Assembly: GCA_030447875.1 (NCBI GenBank)
Contig: JAUJOA010000006.1
Span: 59,648-123,647, forward strand
Direction: 5' to 3'
Length of the DNA stretch: 64,000 nucleotides
Source: Thermoleophilaceae bacterium
GTDB lineage: Bacteria; Actinomycetota; Thermoleophilia; Solirubrobacterales; Thermoleophilaceae
Made by a program: the position numbers and the translations under genes. The notes under the pieces were generated by a model. It did no database searches. It was given only the letters and a program-made list of their open reading frames with translations, and was not told the DNA's origin. How positions within the stretch are numbered: the stretch's first letter is position 1; each line of letters starts with the position of its first letter. Shown here piece by piece: positions 37,143 to 45,732 of the stretch.

Positions 37143-38438
37143 TCACAGGCCGTAGGCGGCTTCCGGCTTGACATCGGCCTCCTCGGCCTCTCCGTCGGAC
37201 GCCGAGGGTTTGCTCGTCTTGGTGCTAGTCGGCGGCGCGGTGCTCGGGGATCGAGACGACTGGGGCGGTGGCGGGGCCGGCGCCGGGTCCTGCCATGCAC
37301 CACCGCTCTGTTGCGGTGCCGGTGAGGAGGCGGCCGCCGAGTCCGCGGAGGGGGGCGGAGCCGCTGGCGGGGGGTCGGGCCGCTTGGTCCTCGACGGCTC
37401 GGGTCGCTGGGGCAGTGGCCGCTCCACCCGCCGGGGAGGAGCTGCGTGACGTTCCCCGCGCGACTCGCCGTGTGCCTTCTGCGGTCGTTCTCGCTCATGC
37501 TCGAGGGAGTTGACCGTGGCCACGCCGCCGCCCGCGAGCGCTGCCGTGGAGGCGGCGACCGCCGCAACCTTGCCTGCGCTCGCCATCTCCACCACCTGCT
37601 GCACCTTCATGCCGAGCAGGAGGCTCCGGTCCTGCATCCAGGAGACCAGGAAGTCGAAGCCCCGGGAGACCGCGCTCGGCATGTCAGCGTCGGGGAGGCC
37701 TGCGATCGGCGCCACGACCGCGGTCACGCGGGCGGGCACCGATCTGTACTGCCGCAGGGTGGCTCGGCAGGCGAGACACGAGCGAAGATGCGGTCGGAGC
37801 GTGAGCATGTCCTGGTGCGTCGCCTCGCCGTCGGCCAGCGCGGAGAGAAGTGGCGAGAGCCGCTTGCATTCGGCGCCTGACTCGATTCCGGTGATCTGGG
37901 CCAGAAAGCTGCGGCGGCCCTCTGTCAGGCAGCGGTTGACCTTCGTGTAAGTCCAGCCGGTCTCCTGACAGATCTGACGGTACGAGTAGCCCTCGGCGCG
38001 AAGGAGAAGGCAGCGGATCTCCTGCGGCTTCAGCCGGCTCAGCGCTTCGGCGCCCAGCTGAAGTCGCTCGTAGCGCTCGGCCTGTTCGTCCGGAGCGGAT
38101 GCCTCGGCGGCCGCCTCCTCGAGCGCGTCCTCGGTCGGGACGCCGTTTCGCTCTCGCTGACGCCGGATGGCGAAGGCCTCGTGCTTGACGACGGTCTTCA
38201 ACCATGGCAGGAGGTCCTCGTGGTCGGTGCTCGGAGCCTTCGTCAGCAAGATCTCGAGTCCCCGCTGGTAGGCGTCGTCGGCGTCCTCGGGCGTGAGCGA
38301 ATAGCGGCGAGCCGTCCCGAGGATTCCCGGCCCGTAGCGTTTGATGAGGGCGAGCGCCGCCGGCTCGACCTCCGCACGTGGCGGCCTCGCCCGCCGCCTC
38401 GGCTCCTCCCGCCTCTCCAGGTTCTCCAACCACCCCAC
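37143..38438 (-). CDS. ECF-type sigma-70 factor fused to a zinc anti-sigma (HxxxCxxC) motif, a hydrophobic segment and a Pro-rich tail
   Basis: Region 2 is DADDAYQRGLEILL...WLKTVVKHEAFAIRR. Region 4 is LKPQEIRCLLLRAEGYSYRQICQETGWTYTKVNRCL. Then come HLRSCLACR, AAVAASTAALAGGGVATV, and about 130 aa rich in P/A/S. Confidence 0.8.
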   Translation of the reverse strand: MGWLENLERREEPRRRARPPRAEVEPAALALIKRYGPGILGTARRYSLTPEDADDAYQRGLEILLTKAPSTDHEDLLPWLKTVVKHEAFAIRRQRERNGVPTEDALEEAAAEASAPDEQAERYERLQLGAEALSRLKPQEIRCLLLRAEGYSYRQICQETGWTYTKVNRCLTEGRRSFLAQITGIESGAECKRLSPLLSALADGEATHQDMLTLRPHLRSCLACRATLRQYRSVPARVTAVVAPIAGLPDADMPSAVSRGFDFLVSWMQDRSLLLGMKVQQVVEMASAGKVAAVAASTAALAGGGVATVNSLEHERERPQKAHGESRGERHAAPPRRVERPLPQRPEPSRTKRPDPPPAAPPPSADSAAASSPAPQQSGGAWQDPAPAPPPPQSSRSPSTAPPTSTKTSKPSASDGEAEEADVKPEAAYGL

Positions 38439-38522
38439 CTCCCACGATCATCTCTCCCCGGCCGCTCCCCCGGCGAGCCCGATATCCGCACGTTGCGGCT
38501 TCTTCGTGCGCGCGACGCTCAC

Positions 38523-39161
38523 ATGGCGCGCTCCCTTAAGTTGTCGCCGCCACGGCTTCGCCCCCTGGGCCATGATGTGGGCCTGCCGAGCGCGTACGAC
38601 GACGAGATTTGGGAGCTCCTCCCCGACGATCCGGGCCCGCCGCCCGAGCACCTTGCCGCCTTCGTCCGGCAGCTCCCGCCGGTCGAGCGGGCCCTCGATC
38701 TGGGCTGCGGCGACGGACGGCTGACCCGCGAGCTTCGGGCCTCGGAGCTCGTCGCCGCCGACGTCTCGAAGGTCGCGCTCGAGCGGGCGCGCCGGTGGCT
38801 ACCCGGGATCCGGCTCGCCGAGCTGCGATCCGACGAGCCGCTTCCGTTCCCTGACGCAGCCTTCGATCTGGTGCTCTGCGCGGAGACGCTCGAGCACGTC
38901 CGCGACGTTCAGCTCCTCCTCTCCGAGGCGCGGAGGATCCTCCGCCCCGGCGGCACCCTCGCGATCACCACGCCGGTGAACGGTCGGGTGACGGGCATGC
39001 GCATCGTGCTCGCCGGCTTCGAGACACACTTCGACCCGCTCTCGCCCCATCTGCGCTTCTTCACGCGCCGCTCGTTGAGCCTCCTCCTCAGCGAGATGGG
39101 CTTCGCCGTCCACTCGCTCCAGAGCACGCGAGGCACTCTTCTGGCGACGGCCCGCCGCTAG
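38523..39161 (+). CDS. Class I SAM-dependent methyltransferase
   Basis: ALDLGCGDGRLT motif I and LVLCAETLEHV...LRPGGTLAITTP. Internal ATG at 38523. Confidence 0.75.
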   Translation: MARSLKLSPPRLRPLGHDVGLPSAYDDEIWELLPDDPGPPPEHLAAFVRQLPPVERALDLGCGDGRLTRELRASELVAADVSKVALERARRWLPGIRLAELRSDEPLPFPDAAFDLVLCAETLEHVRDVQLLLSEARRILRPGGTLAITTPVNGRVTGMRIVLAGFETHFDPLSPHLRFFTRRSLSLLLSEMGFAVHSLQSTRGTLLATARR

Positions 39162-39168
39162 CCTCGGC

Positions 39169-40443
39169 TCATGTCCGGTCGCGGTGCCCTCGGGCGGGCG
39201 ACGCCGGTCTCAGCTCCATCGACTGGTCGGCCCGGCCCACGATCAGGCCGGCGAGGGCGAGCGCCGAGGTGGCGGCCGGGGACGGCGCGTTTCGGACATG
39301 GAGCGCACGCTCGGTTTCGGACACGACGAAGTCGTCGATGAGGCGTCCGTCGCGACCGATGGCCTGTGCCCGGACCCCCGCCCATCCGCCGACGAGATCC
39401 CGCGGGCCGAGCTCGGGCACGTAGCGGGCGGCCGCTCTTGCCACCGCACCCCGACTCGTCGCATAGCGCAGCTCCGACACTCCAGTGCGCCAGAAGCGAC
39501 GCGCCATGCGCCAGGTGCCCGGCCACTCGACCGTGGAGCGGAGCGTGGCAAGGTCGACGTCCCGCGCGCGGTAGGCGTCGCGAGCAGCGGCCAATAGCGC
39601 AGTGGGGCCGACGAGCACCTCACCGTCCGCCTCGCGCGTGAGGTGGACGCCGAGGAAGGGCAGCTGCGGGTCGGGCACCGGGTAGACGAGCGAGCGGACG
39701 AGCCCGCGCCGCTCCGGGCGAAGCTTCAGGTACGCCCCGCGAAAGGGGACGACACGCGGGTCCTCGGGTGCGCCGCAGGCCGTCGCGAGCCGATCGGCCC
39801 AGGCGCCGGTGCAGAAGATCGCCTTGCGAGCCCGCGTTTCGCCGCGCTCGTGGGTCAGGCGAATGTCGCGGGAGGTGAGCCGCACGCCCGAGACACCGCT
39901 GGCCGTGGCGACTGCGCCGCCCCCCGCACGCACGTCCGCCGCGAACGAGCGCGCCACGAGTCGGAAGTCGACGACGCCGGTCGCCGGCGAGTGAAGAGCG
40001 CCCACGCCGCGCACATGCGGCTCGATCCGACTCAGCTCGTCGGGCCCCACGCGGCGGAGGCCCGGGGCGCCGTTGGTCCGACCGCGGCGCTCTAGCTCAT
40101 CGAGCCCCGCAAGCTCCCCGCGCGTGGTCGCCACGATCACCTTGCCCGTGCGCAGCGCAGGGATCCCGCGCGCGTCGCAGTACTGGTACAGGCGCCGTGC
40201 GCCGTCCACGCAGAGCCGTGCCTTGAGCGATCCCGGCTCGTAGTAGATGCCCGCGTGGATCACGCCGCTGTTGTGGCCGGTCTGGTGGAGCCCGACGTCG
40301 GTCTCCTTCTCGAGCACCGCCACGTCCAGATCCGGATGGCGCGAGAGGAGCTCGCGGGCCACTGCCAACCCCACGATCCCACCGCCGACCACCGCCACGT
40401 CGCACTCGCCCGGCGGGTCGACGCCGCTCGGGTGGTCGGGCAT
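39169..40443 (-). CDS. lhgO: L-2-hydroxyglutarate oxidase (FAD-dependent)
   Basis: VAVVGGGIVGLAVAREL dinucleotide fold followed by LHQTGHNSGVIHAGIYYEPGSLKA, which is characteristic of LhgO. Confidence 0.8.
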   Translation of the reverse strand: MPDHPSGVDPPGECDVAVVGGGIVGLAVARELLSRHPDLDVAVLEKETDVGLHQTGHNSGVIHAGIYYEPGSLKARLCVDGARRLYQYCDARGIPALRTGKVIVATTRGELAGLDELERRGRTNGAPGLRRVGPDELSRIEPHVRGVGALHSPATGVVDFRLVARSFAADVRAGGGAVATASGVSGVRLTSRDIRLTHERGETRARKAIFCTGAWADRLATACGAPEDPRVVPFRGAYLKLRPERRGLVRSLVYPVPDPQLPFLGVHLTREADGEVLVGPTALLAAARDAYRARDVDLATLRSTVEWPGTWRMARRFWRTGVSELRYATSRGAVARAAARYVPELGPRDLVGGWAGVRAQAIGRDGRLIDDFVVSETERALHVRNAPSPAATSALALAGLIVGRADQSMELRPASPARGHRDRT

Positions 40444-40463
40444 CGCGAGCGGTCAGTTCCCGG

Positions 40464-40664
40464 TCACGCCCGCGCCTCGCTGACGGCACGGCGGACGGTC
40501 CCAACCAGGTAGTAGGCGGAAAGGCCGAAGAACAGCGCTCCCAGGACGGCGCGAGCCTGTTGAGCGCTCAGCGGCGTGCGCTCGGCCAGCGGGCCGGCCG
40601 CCTTGTCGGCCACCTTCTCGCGCCAGCCCACCAGGCCTGTCTGTGCGACCGCCTTCGAATCCAT
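40464..40664 (-). CDS. Small hypothetical membrane protein (66 aa)
   Basis: GGGAGGA Shine-Dalgarno upstream of the ATG. One C-terminal hydrophobic helix, AVLGALFFGLSAYYLVG. Confidence 0.5.
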   Translation of the reverse strand: MDSKAVAQTGLVGWREKVADKAAGPLAERTPLSAQQARAVLGALFFGLSAYYLVGTVRRAVSEARA

Positions 40665-40763
40665 CTGTCCTCCCGCGGTAGTTGACTTGGTGTCGATCGG
40701 TCCGTACCCGCGAGGCGCGAGCCCAATCGCACCGGTTGCTCCAGGCCGTTCGAGCTGGGTGGG

Positions 40764-42074
40764 TCAGGAAGCGACGGGCTCGAGCTCGGCGGCAGGCGCT
40801 GCCGCCACCACACGATCGCGGCCCAGTGCCTTGGCGGCATACAGGGCCTGATCGGCGGCTCCGAGAACCTCGCTGTCGTCCGAGCCGTCGTCTGGAAACG
40901 TGGCCAAGCCGAAGCTCGCGGTGATTCGCTCCTCTAGCTCCGGCACGACGATCGTCGAGATCAGGCCGCGTAGCTTTTCCGCGACGATGGTGCCTCCGGA
41001 CTCGTCGGTGTCCGGCAGGAGCAGCACGAACTCCTCGCCGCCGTAACGGCCTACGAAGTCGCCGGCTCTCAATCCGTGGCGGGCGGCGCCGGCGATCGCC
41101 ACCAGCACCTCGTCGCCCTTCAGGTGACCGTACCGGTCATTGATCTGCTTGAAGTTGTCGAGGTCGAACAGGACTACCGAGAGTGAGGTCTGCGCCCGAC
41201 TCGCTCGCGCCAGCATCTCCTTCAGCGTTATCCGGATCGAGCTGTGATTCGGAAGCTCCGTGAGAGCATCGGTGGCTGCCCGGCTCTCCGCGGCGGCCAG
41301 TTTGCGCCGGTTGAGCAGCGTTGTGACGGCGAGCGCGCTCGCCAGAGCCGCGAGGATGGCGATCAAGACCTTCACGGAGGTGGGCACGAACTCGAAGAGC
41401 GCTCTGATCGCGCCGGCGACAGGGCTCGGCTGACCGCCGCTTGCGGGTCCCAAGGCACTGGCCTGCATGGCCTCGGTTTCATCCTTCGCGCTACCGCTCG
41501 CGGCGGCCGAGACGCTGCCGCGGGGTGTCCGCCCGGCGGGCTTGGAATCGGGATCGGAGCCCGAGAACTCCGGCGCCGATGCACGGACAGTGCCGCTCGA
41601 GCCCGTAGGCGCTCGCGAGGGTCCCGTCGCCACCCCTTCATCGGCTTGGCGACCCTCTTCGGCGCGCTGAGCGGAATGCAGCTCCGCGGGTCCCGTCACG
41701 GTCCCCGGCCGCTTGCGATCCAGTGGGTCTTCGACGCGCGGCTCCTCCTCCTCGACGGCGGGCGGTGACGGCAGCAGGCGCCGGATGTCCTCGGGCAGCA
41801 GCTTGCCGGTGTCCACCTTCGCGTGCAGCGCGACCTCATCGGTCGCTAGCGGCGCCTTGGTCGTCATGTCAACCCGCGCGCCGACCTCGTTCTGTGGTTC
41901 CACCTTGACCTGGGCGTCGAGATCGAGCGGCAGCTCCGACTGCTCGGGCGTGACGTCACCCGGCGCCTCAACGTCGCCCTTCGCGTGAGCCGACGACGCG
42001 GGCGCTGCTCCAAGAACAAGCACGGACCCTGCCACGGCGGCATGCCGTGTCCACCGCGAGAACGTCGAGCTCAC
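40764..42074 (-). CDS. Membrane-anchored diguanylate cyclase (GGDEF domain)
   Basis: Signal/TM, low-complexity extracytoplasmic region, second TM, then a GGDEF domain. Active site RYGGEEF with an RAGD I-site five residues upstream. Confidence 0.85.
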   Translation of the reverse strand: MSSTFSRWTRHAAVAGSVLVLGAAPASSAHAKGDVEAPGDVTPEQSELPLDLDAQVKVEPQNEVGARVDMTTKAPLATDEVALHAKVDTGKLLPEDIRRLLPSPPAVEEEEPRVEDPLDRKRPGTVTGPAELHSAQRAEEGRQADEGVATGPSRAPTGSSGTVRASAPEFSGSDPDSKPAGRTPRGSVSAAASGSAKDETEAMQASALGPASGGQPSPVAGAIRALFEFVPTSVKVLIAILAALASALAVTTLLNRRKLAAAESRAATDALTELPNHSSIRITLKEMLARASRAQTSLSVVLFDLDNFKQINDRYGHLKGDEVLVAIAGAARHGLRAGDFVGRYGGEEFVLLLPDTDESGGTIVAEKLRGLISTIVVPELEERITASFGLATFPDDGSDDSEVLGAADQALYAAKALGRDRVVAAAPAAELEPVAS

Positions 42075-42239
42075 GTCGATTCCATCCTTGTTCTCTTCGA
42101 AGGAGACTGTCGCATCCTGCGACCTCTCAAGCAGGGTACCCGTCGAGCGGACTTTTCCAACGACCCTCTGGCAGGGGGCTACGCCGACCTGGAGCCTGGT
42201 CCCGCGCGAGAAGAAGCTGTGGCGCTACTGCAGGCTGCG

Positions 42240-42386
42240 CTACCGGCGCTTGGCGAAGCGGGAGCGGACGGTCTCGATCCTGCGGCGACCCTCCGGGCTC
42301 TGGGCGTAGCGCTTCGCCTTGTCGACTGCCGCACGTCCCCGGGGGCTGCGAAGAAACTGCGACGCCTTGCTCATCAACGGTGCCAT
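42240..42386 (-). CDS. Small basic hypothetical protein (48 aa)
   Basis: Strong AAGGAGATGAG spacing before the ATG. Translation is MAPLMSKASQFLRSPRGRAAVDKAKRYAQSPEGRRRIETVRSRFAKRR. It is below the ORF-track cutoff. Confidence 0.45.
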   Translation of the reverse strand: MAPLMSKASQFLRSPRGRAAVDKAKRYAQSPEGRRRIETVRSRFAKRR

Positions 42387-42577
42387 CTCATCTCCTTAAG
42401 TCTTTGGACTTCAGGAGTATGTCCGCGGGTTGGCCGCCTCAAACGCCGCAAGGTTCGCGCGCGAGGTGAAGGCGGCTGAGTGCGAAAACCGAGCTGGCGA
42501 AGGACGCAGGGGCGACGCTTGGTGGGCCAAGCGGAGCCCCGAGGACGCCCGCCAGCGAAGGTTTGCAGCCGCTCAGC

Positions 42578-45397
42578 TCAGCCGCAGCCGGTGTTGTTGC
42601 CGCAGGAAGAACAGGTGTAACACGAGCCCGTCCGCTGCATCATCCCGCCGCACTGGCCACACGCCGGCCCGAGATCGAGTCCCTGGAGCTGCGCCGGCAC
42701 CGCGGGCGGCTCGTCGGTGAATGCTTCGGCGGCCGCCTTGGTGGTCGCCGGCTGCGAGACGGTCGGGCCCCCGTTGGCGGCCTTTGGCGCACCGTTCCCC
42801 TCGCCCGACCCGTTCGTCGGGCCTGCGGCGTCTGTCCGCATGGCGGTCTCCTCCGAGGCCTTTCGGGCCCGCACCTCCGAGGTGAGGATGCCGAGCTCCT
42901 CCTGCACGTCGGCGTCGAGGAAGCGCGAGGCCAGCCAGCGCATGATGTAGTCGGGCATCGACTTGGCGAACGGGATCTCCGGGTTCATCGTGATCCCCTC
43001 TGGGTCGAAGCGCATGTAGGAGAACTTGCGCACGAGCGTCTCGAGCGGCACGCCGTACTGGAGCGCGATCGAGACGGAGGTGGCGAACGCGTTCATCATG
43101 CCCCGAAGCGTCGAGCCCTCCTTGCCGATGTCGGTGAGGAAGATCTCCCCGAGCGTGCCGTCCTCGTACATGCCGGCCGTGATGTAGCCCTCGTGACCGG
43201 CGATCGAGAACTTGTGCGTGATCGACTGACGCTCACGCGGCATGCGCCGGCAGGCGGGTCGCGGCTCGACGGCTGCCCCCGCCTCCTTGTCCTTGGCGTC
43301 ACCGGCATCGGTGCGCAGCGCCTGCGCCGTCTTCGAGCCATCGCGATAGATCGCGAGTGCCTTGACGCCCAGGTTCCACGCCTGGAGGTACGCGTCGGCG
43401 ATGTCCTCGACCGTCGTCGTCTCCGGCATGTTGACCGTCTTCGAGATCGCGCCCGAGATGAACGGCTGGGTGGCGCCCATCATCCGGATATGGCCCATGT
43501 GCGAGATCGCCCGCTCCCGACCGCCACATCGAAGACGGGCAGATGCTCGTCCTTGAGGCCGGGAGCGCCGACGATCGTGCCCTGCTCGTTGACGTGGGCC
43601 TCGATCTGCGCGATCTGGTGGCCCTCGTAGTCGAGCGTCTCGAGCGCCAGCGGCTGCGTCCGGTTGACGATCGTCATCTGGCCGCCCCCACGAGCTCCTT
43701 GAACTTGACGAGCGAGAAGTCCGGCTCGATGCCCGTCGTGTCGCAGTCCATGAGGAACGAGATCGTCCCCGTCGGCGCGAGCACGGTGGCCTGGGCGTTG
43801 CGGTAGCCGTGGCGCTCGCCTAGTGCGATCGCCTCCTTCCAGGCCCGGCGAGCTCCCGCAAGGAGCTCTTGGTCGGGCATCGAGTCGTCGATCTCGTCGA
43901 CGGCGGCGCCGTGCTTGCGCATGACCTCGTTGTGTGGCTCTCGGTTCTCCGCGTACCGCTCGTATGCGCCGATGGCCGCGGCGATCTCTGCCGACTTGCG
44001 GTATGCGCGACCGGTCATCAGCGATGTAATCGCGCCGGCCACCGCGCGACCCTCGTCGGAGTCATACGCCAATCCCTTTGACATCAGTAGCGCACCGAGG
44101 TTCGCGTACCCCAGTCCCAGCTGGCGGAACGCTTGCGCGTTCTGACCGATCAGCTCCGTGGGATAGCTCGACGGTGTGACGAGGATCTCCTGAGCGAGCA
44201 GCATGATGTCGACGGCGTGCTCGAAGGCCGGTACGTCAAAGGTGCCGTCCTCGCCGGAACTTCATGAGGTTGAGCGACGCGAGGTTGCACGCTGAGTCGT
44301 CTACATGCAGATATTCCGAGCAGGGATTAGAAGTGGAGATCCGCCCTGAGTTCGGACAGGTATGCCAATCGTTGATGGTCGTGTCGTACTGCACGCCCGG
44401 ATCAGCGCAGTGCCACGCGGCGTCCGCGATCTGGCGTAGCAGGTCGCGCGCGTAAGTGTCGATCGGCTCGCCGCTGACCCGCGCGGTCGTCTGCCAGTCC
44501 TCGCCGCGCTCGGCGCGCTCCATGAACTCGTCGGTCAAGCGAACCGAGTTGTTGGCGTTCTGGTACTGAATCGACGTGAACCCCTCACCGTCGATTCGCA
44601 TATCGAAGCCGGCGTCGCGCAGCGCGCCGCCTTCTCCTCCTCGCGCGCTTTGCACCAGATGAAGTCGAGGATGTCGGGATGGTCGATGTCGAGTACGACC
44701 ATCTTGGCCGCACGACGCGTCTTGCCCCCGACTTGATCGTTCCGGCCCAGGAGTCGGCCCCCCGCATGAACGACACCGGACCGCTCGCGTAGCCCCCCTT
44801 CGAGAGCTGCTCTTTGGAGCTCCTGATCTTTGAGAGGTTGATCCCGGACCCCGAACCGCCGCGGAAGATCAGGCCCTCTTTCGTGTTCCAGGCGAGGATC
44901 GACTCCATCGTGTCTTCCACTGAGAGCAGGAAGCACGCCGAGCATTGCGGGCGCTCCTCGAACCCGACGTTGAACCAGACCGGCGAGTTGAATGCCGCCA
45001 TCTGATGGAGAAGGATGTGGTGAAGCTCGTCGCTGAACGCCTCTGCGTCGTCCTCCGTCGCGAAGTAGCGGCCCTCGCGCCCCCAGCCGGCGATCGTGCC
45101 GGCCACCCGGCCGATCATCTGCCCGACCGACGACTCGCGCTCCGGCGATCCGAGCCGGCCGCGGAAGTACTTCTGCGCGACGATGTTCGTCGCGTTCTGA
45201 GACCAGCTCGCCGGGAACTCGACGCCGCGCTGCTCGAACGCCGGACTGCCGGGATCGCCGATCACCGCGTCGCGAATCTCCCACTCGACCGCGTCGAACG
45301 GATGCACCCCCGGCTCCGTGAATCGCCGCTCGATCGTCACTCCATCACGGGAGTGACGGGGGGTGGTCTCCTCGGGGGCGTTGGGGGTGTGCGACAT
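42578..45397 (-). pseudogene. nrdJ: Class II (B12-dependent) ribonucleotide reductase, interrupted by at least four frameshifts
   Basis: Five consecutive reverse ORFs together read as one NrdJ: 44585-45433, 44236-44655, 43674-44204, 43480-43677 and 42578-43498. Motifs include [62 protein letters not shown] and a Cys-rich tail. ATG 45397 has a GAGGAGAG Shine-Dalgarno. Confidence 0.85.
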
Positions 45398-45732
45398 GTC
45401 TCTCCTCGTGCAGTTGGGCCTCTTGCCCCTCACGAGCCGGGCTCAATGGGGGACTGGCCATGCTGACGCCCGAGCCGGACGGATCTGGGCGGGTCGGCGG
45501 CCGGCGCGGGACCCCCGCAGCGGCCGGTTTCGGCTGGAAAACGAGGACCTTCGCGGCCAGCTGAGACGGCTCGACTGCTCGCTTCATTCTACCGACTCGG
45601 CGCTTCGGTCCTCGAAGCATTTCGCGGCGTTTGCGGCCGAAACGCAAGCGCCGTGCCGAGCACGGGCCGAGCCGCCAGTCGAGATCGCGGAGTGCGGTTC
45701 TCGCTCTCCCGTGGACGGAGCCGGAATCAACG

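Noticed and set aside
45398-45732. Possible cobalamin riboswitch or NrdR boxes in the long leader upstream of nrdJ
   Set aside because: I read the reverse-strand leader. I found no B12-box-like AGUCAGGAGACC element, no GGGAA/GGUG core and no AT-rich ACACnATATnTnGTGT NrdR palindromes. It shows only GC-rich hairpin potential.
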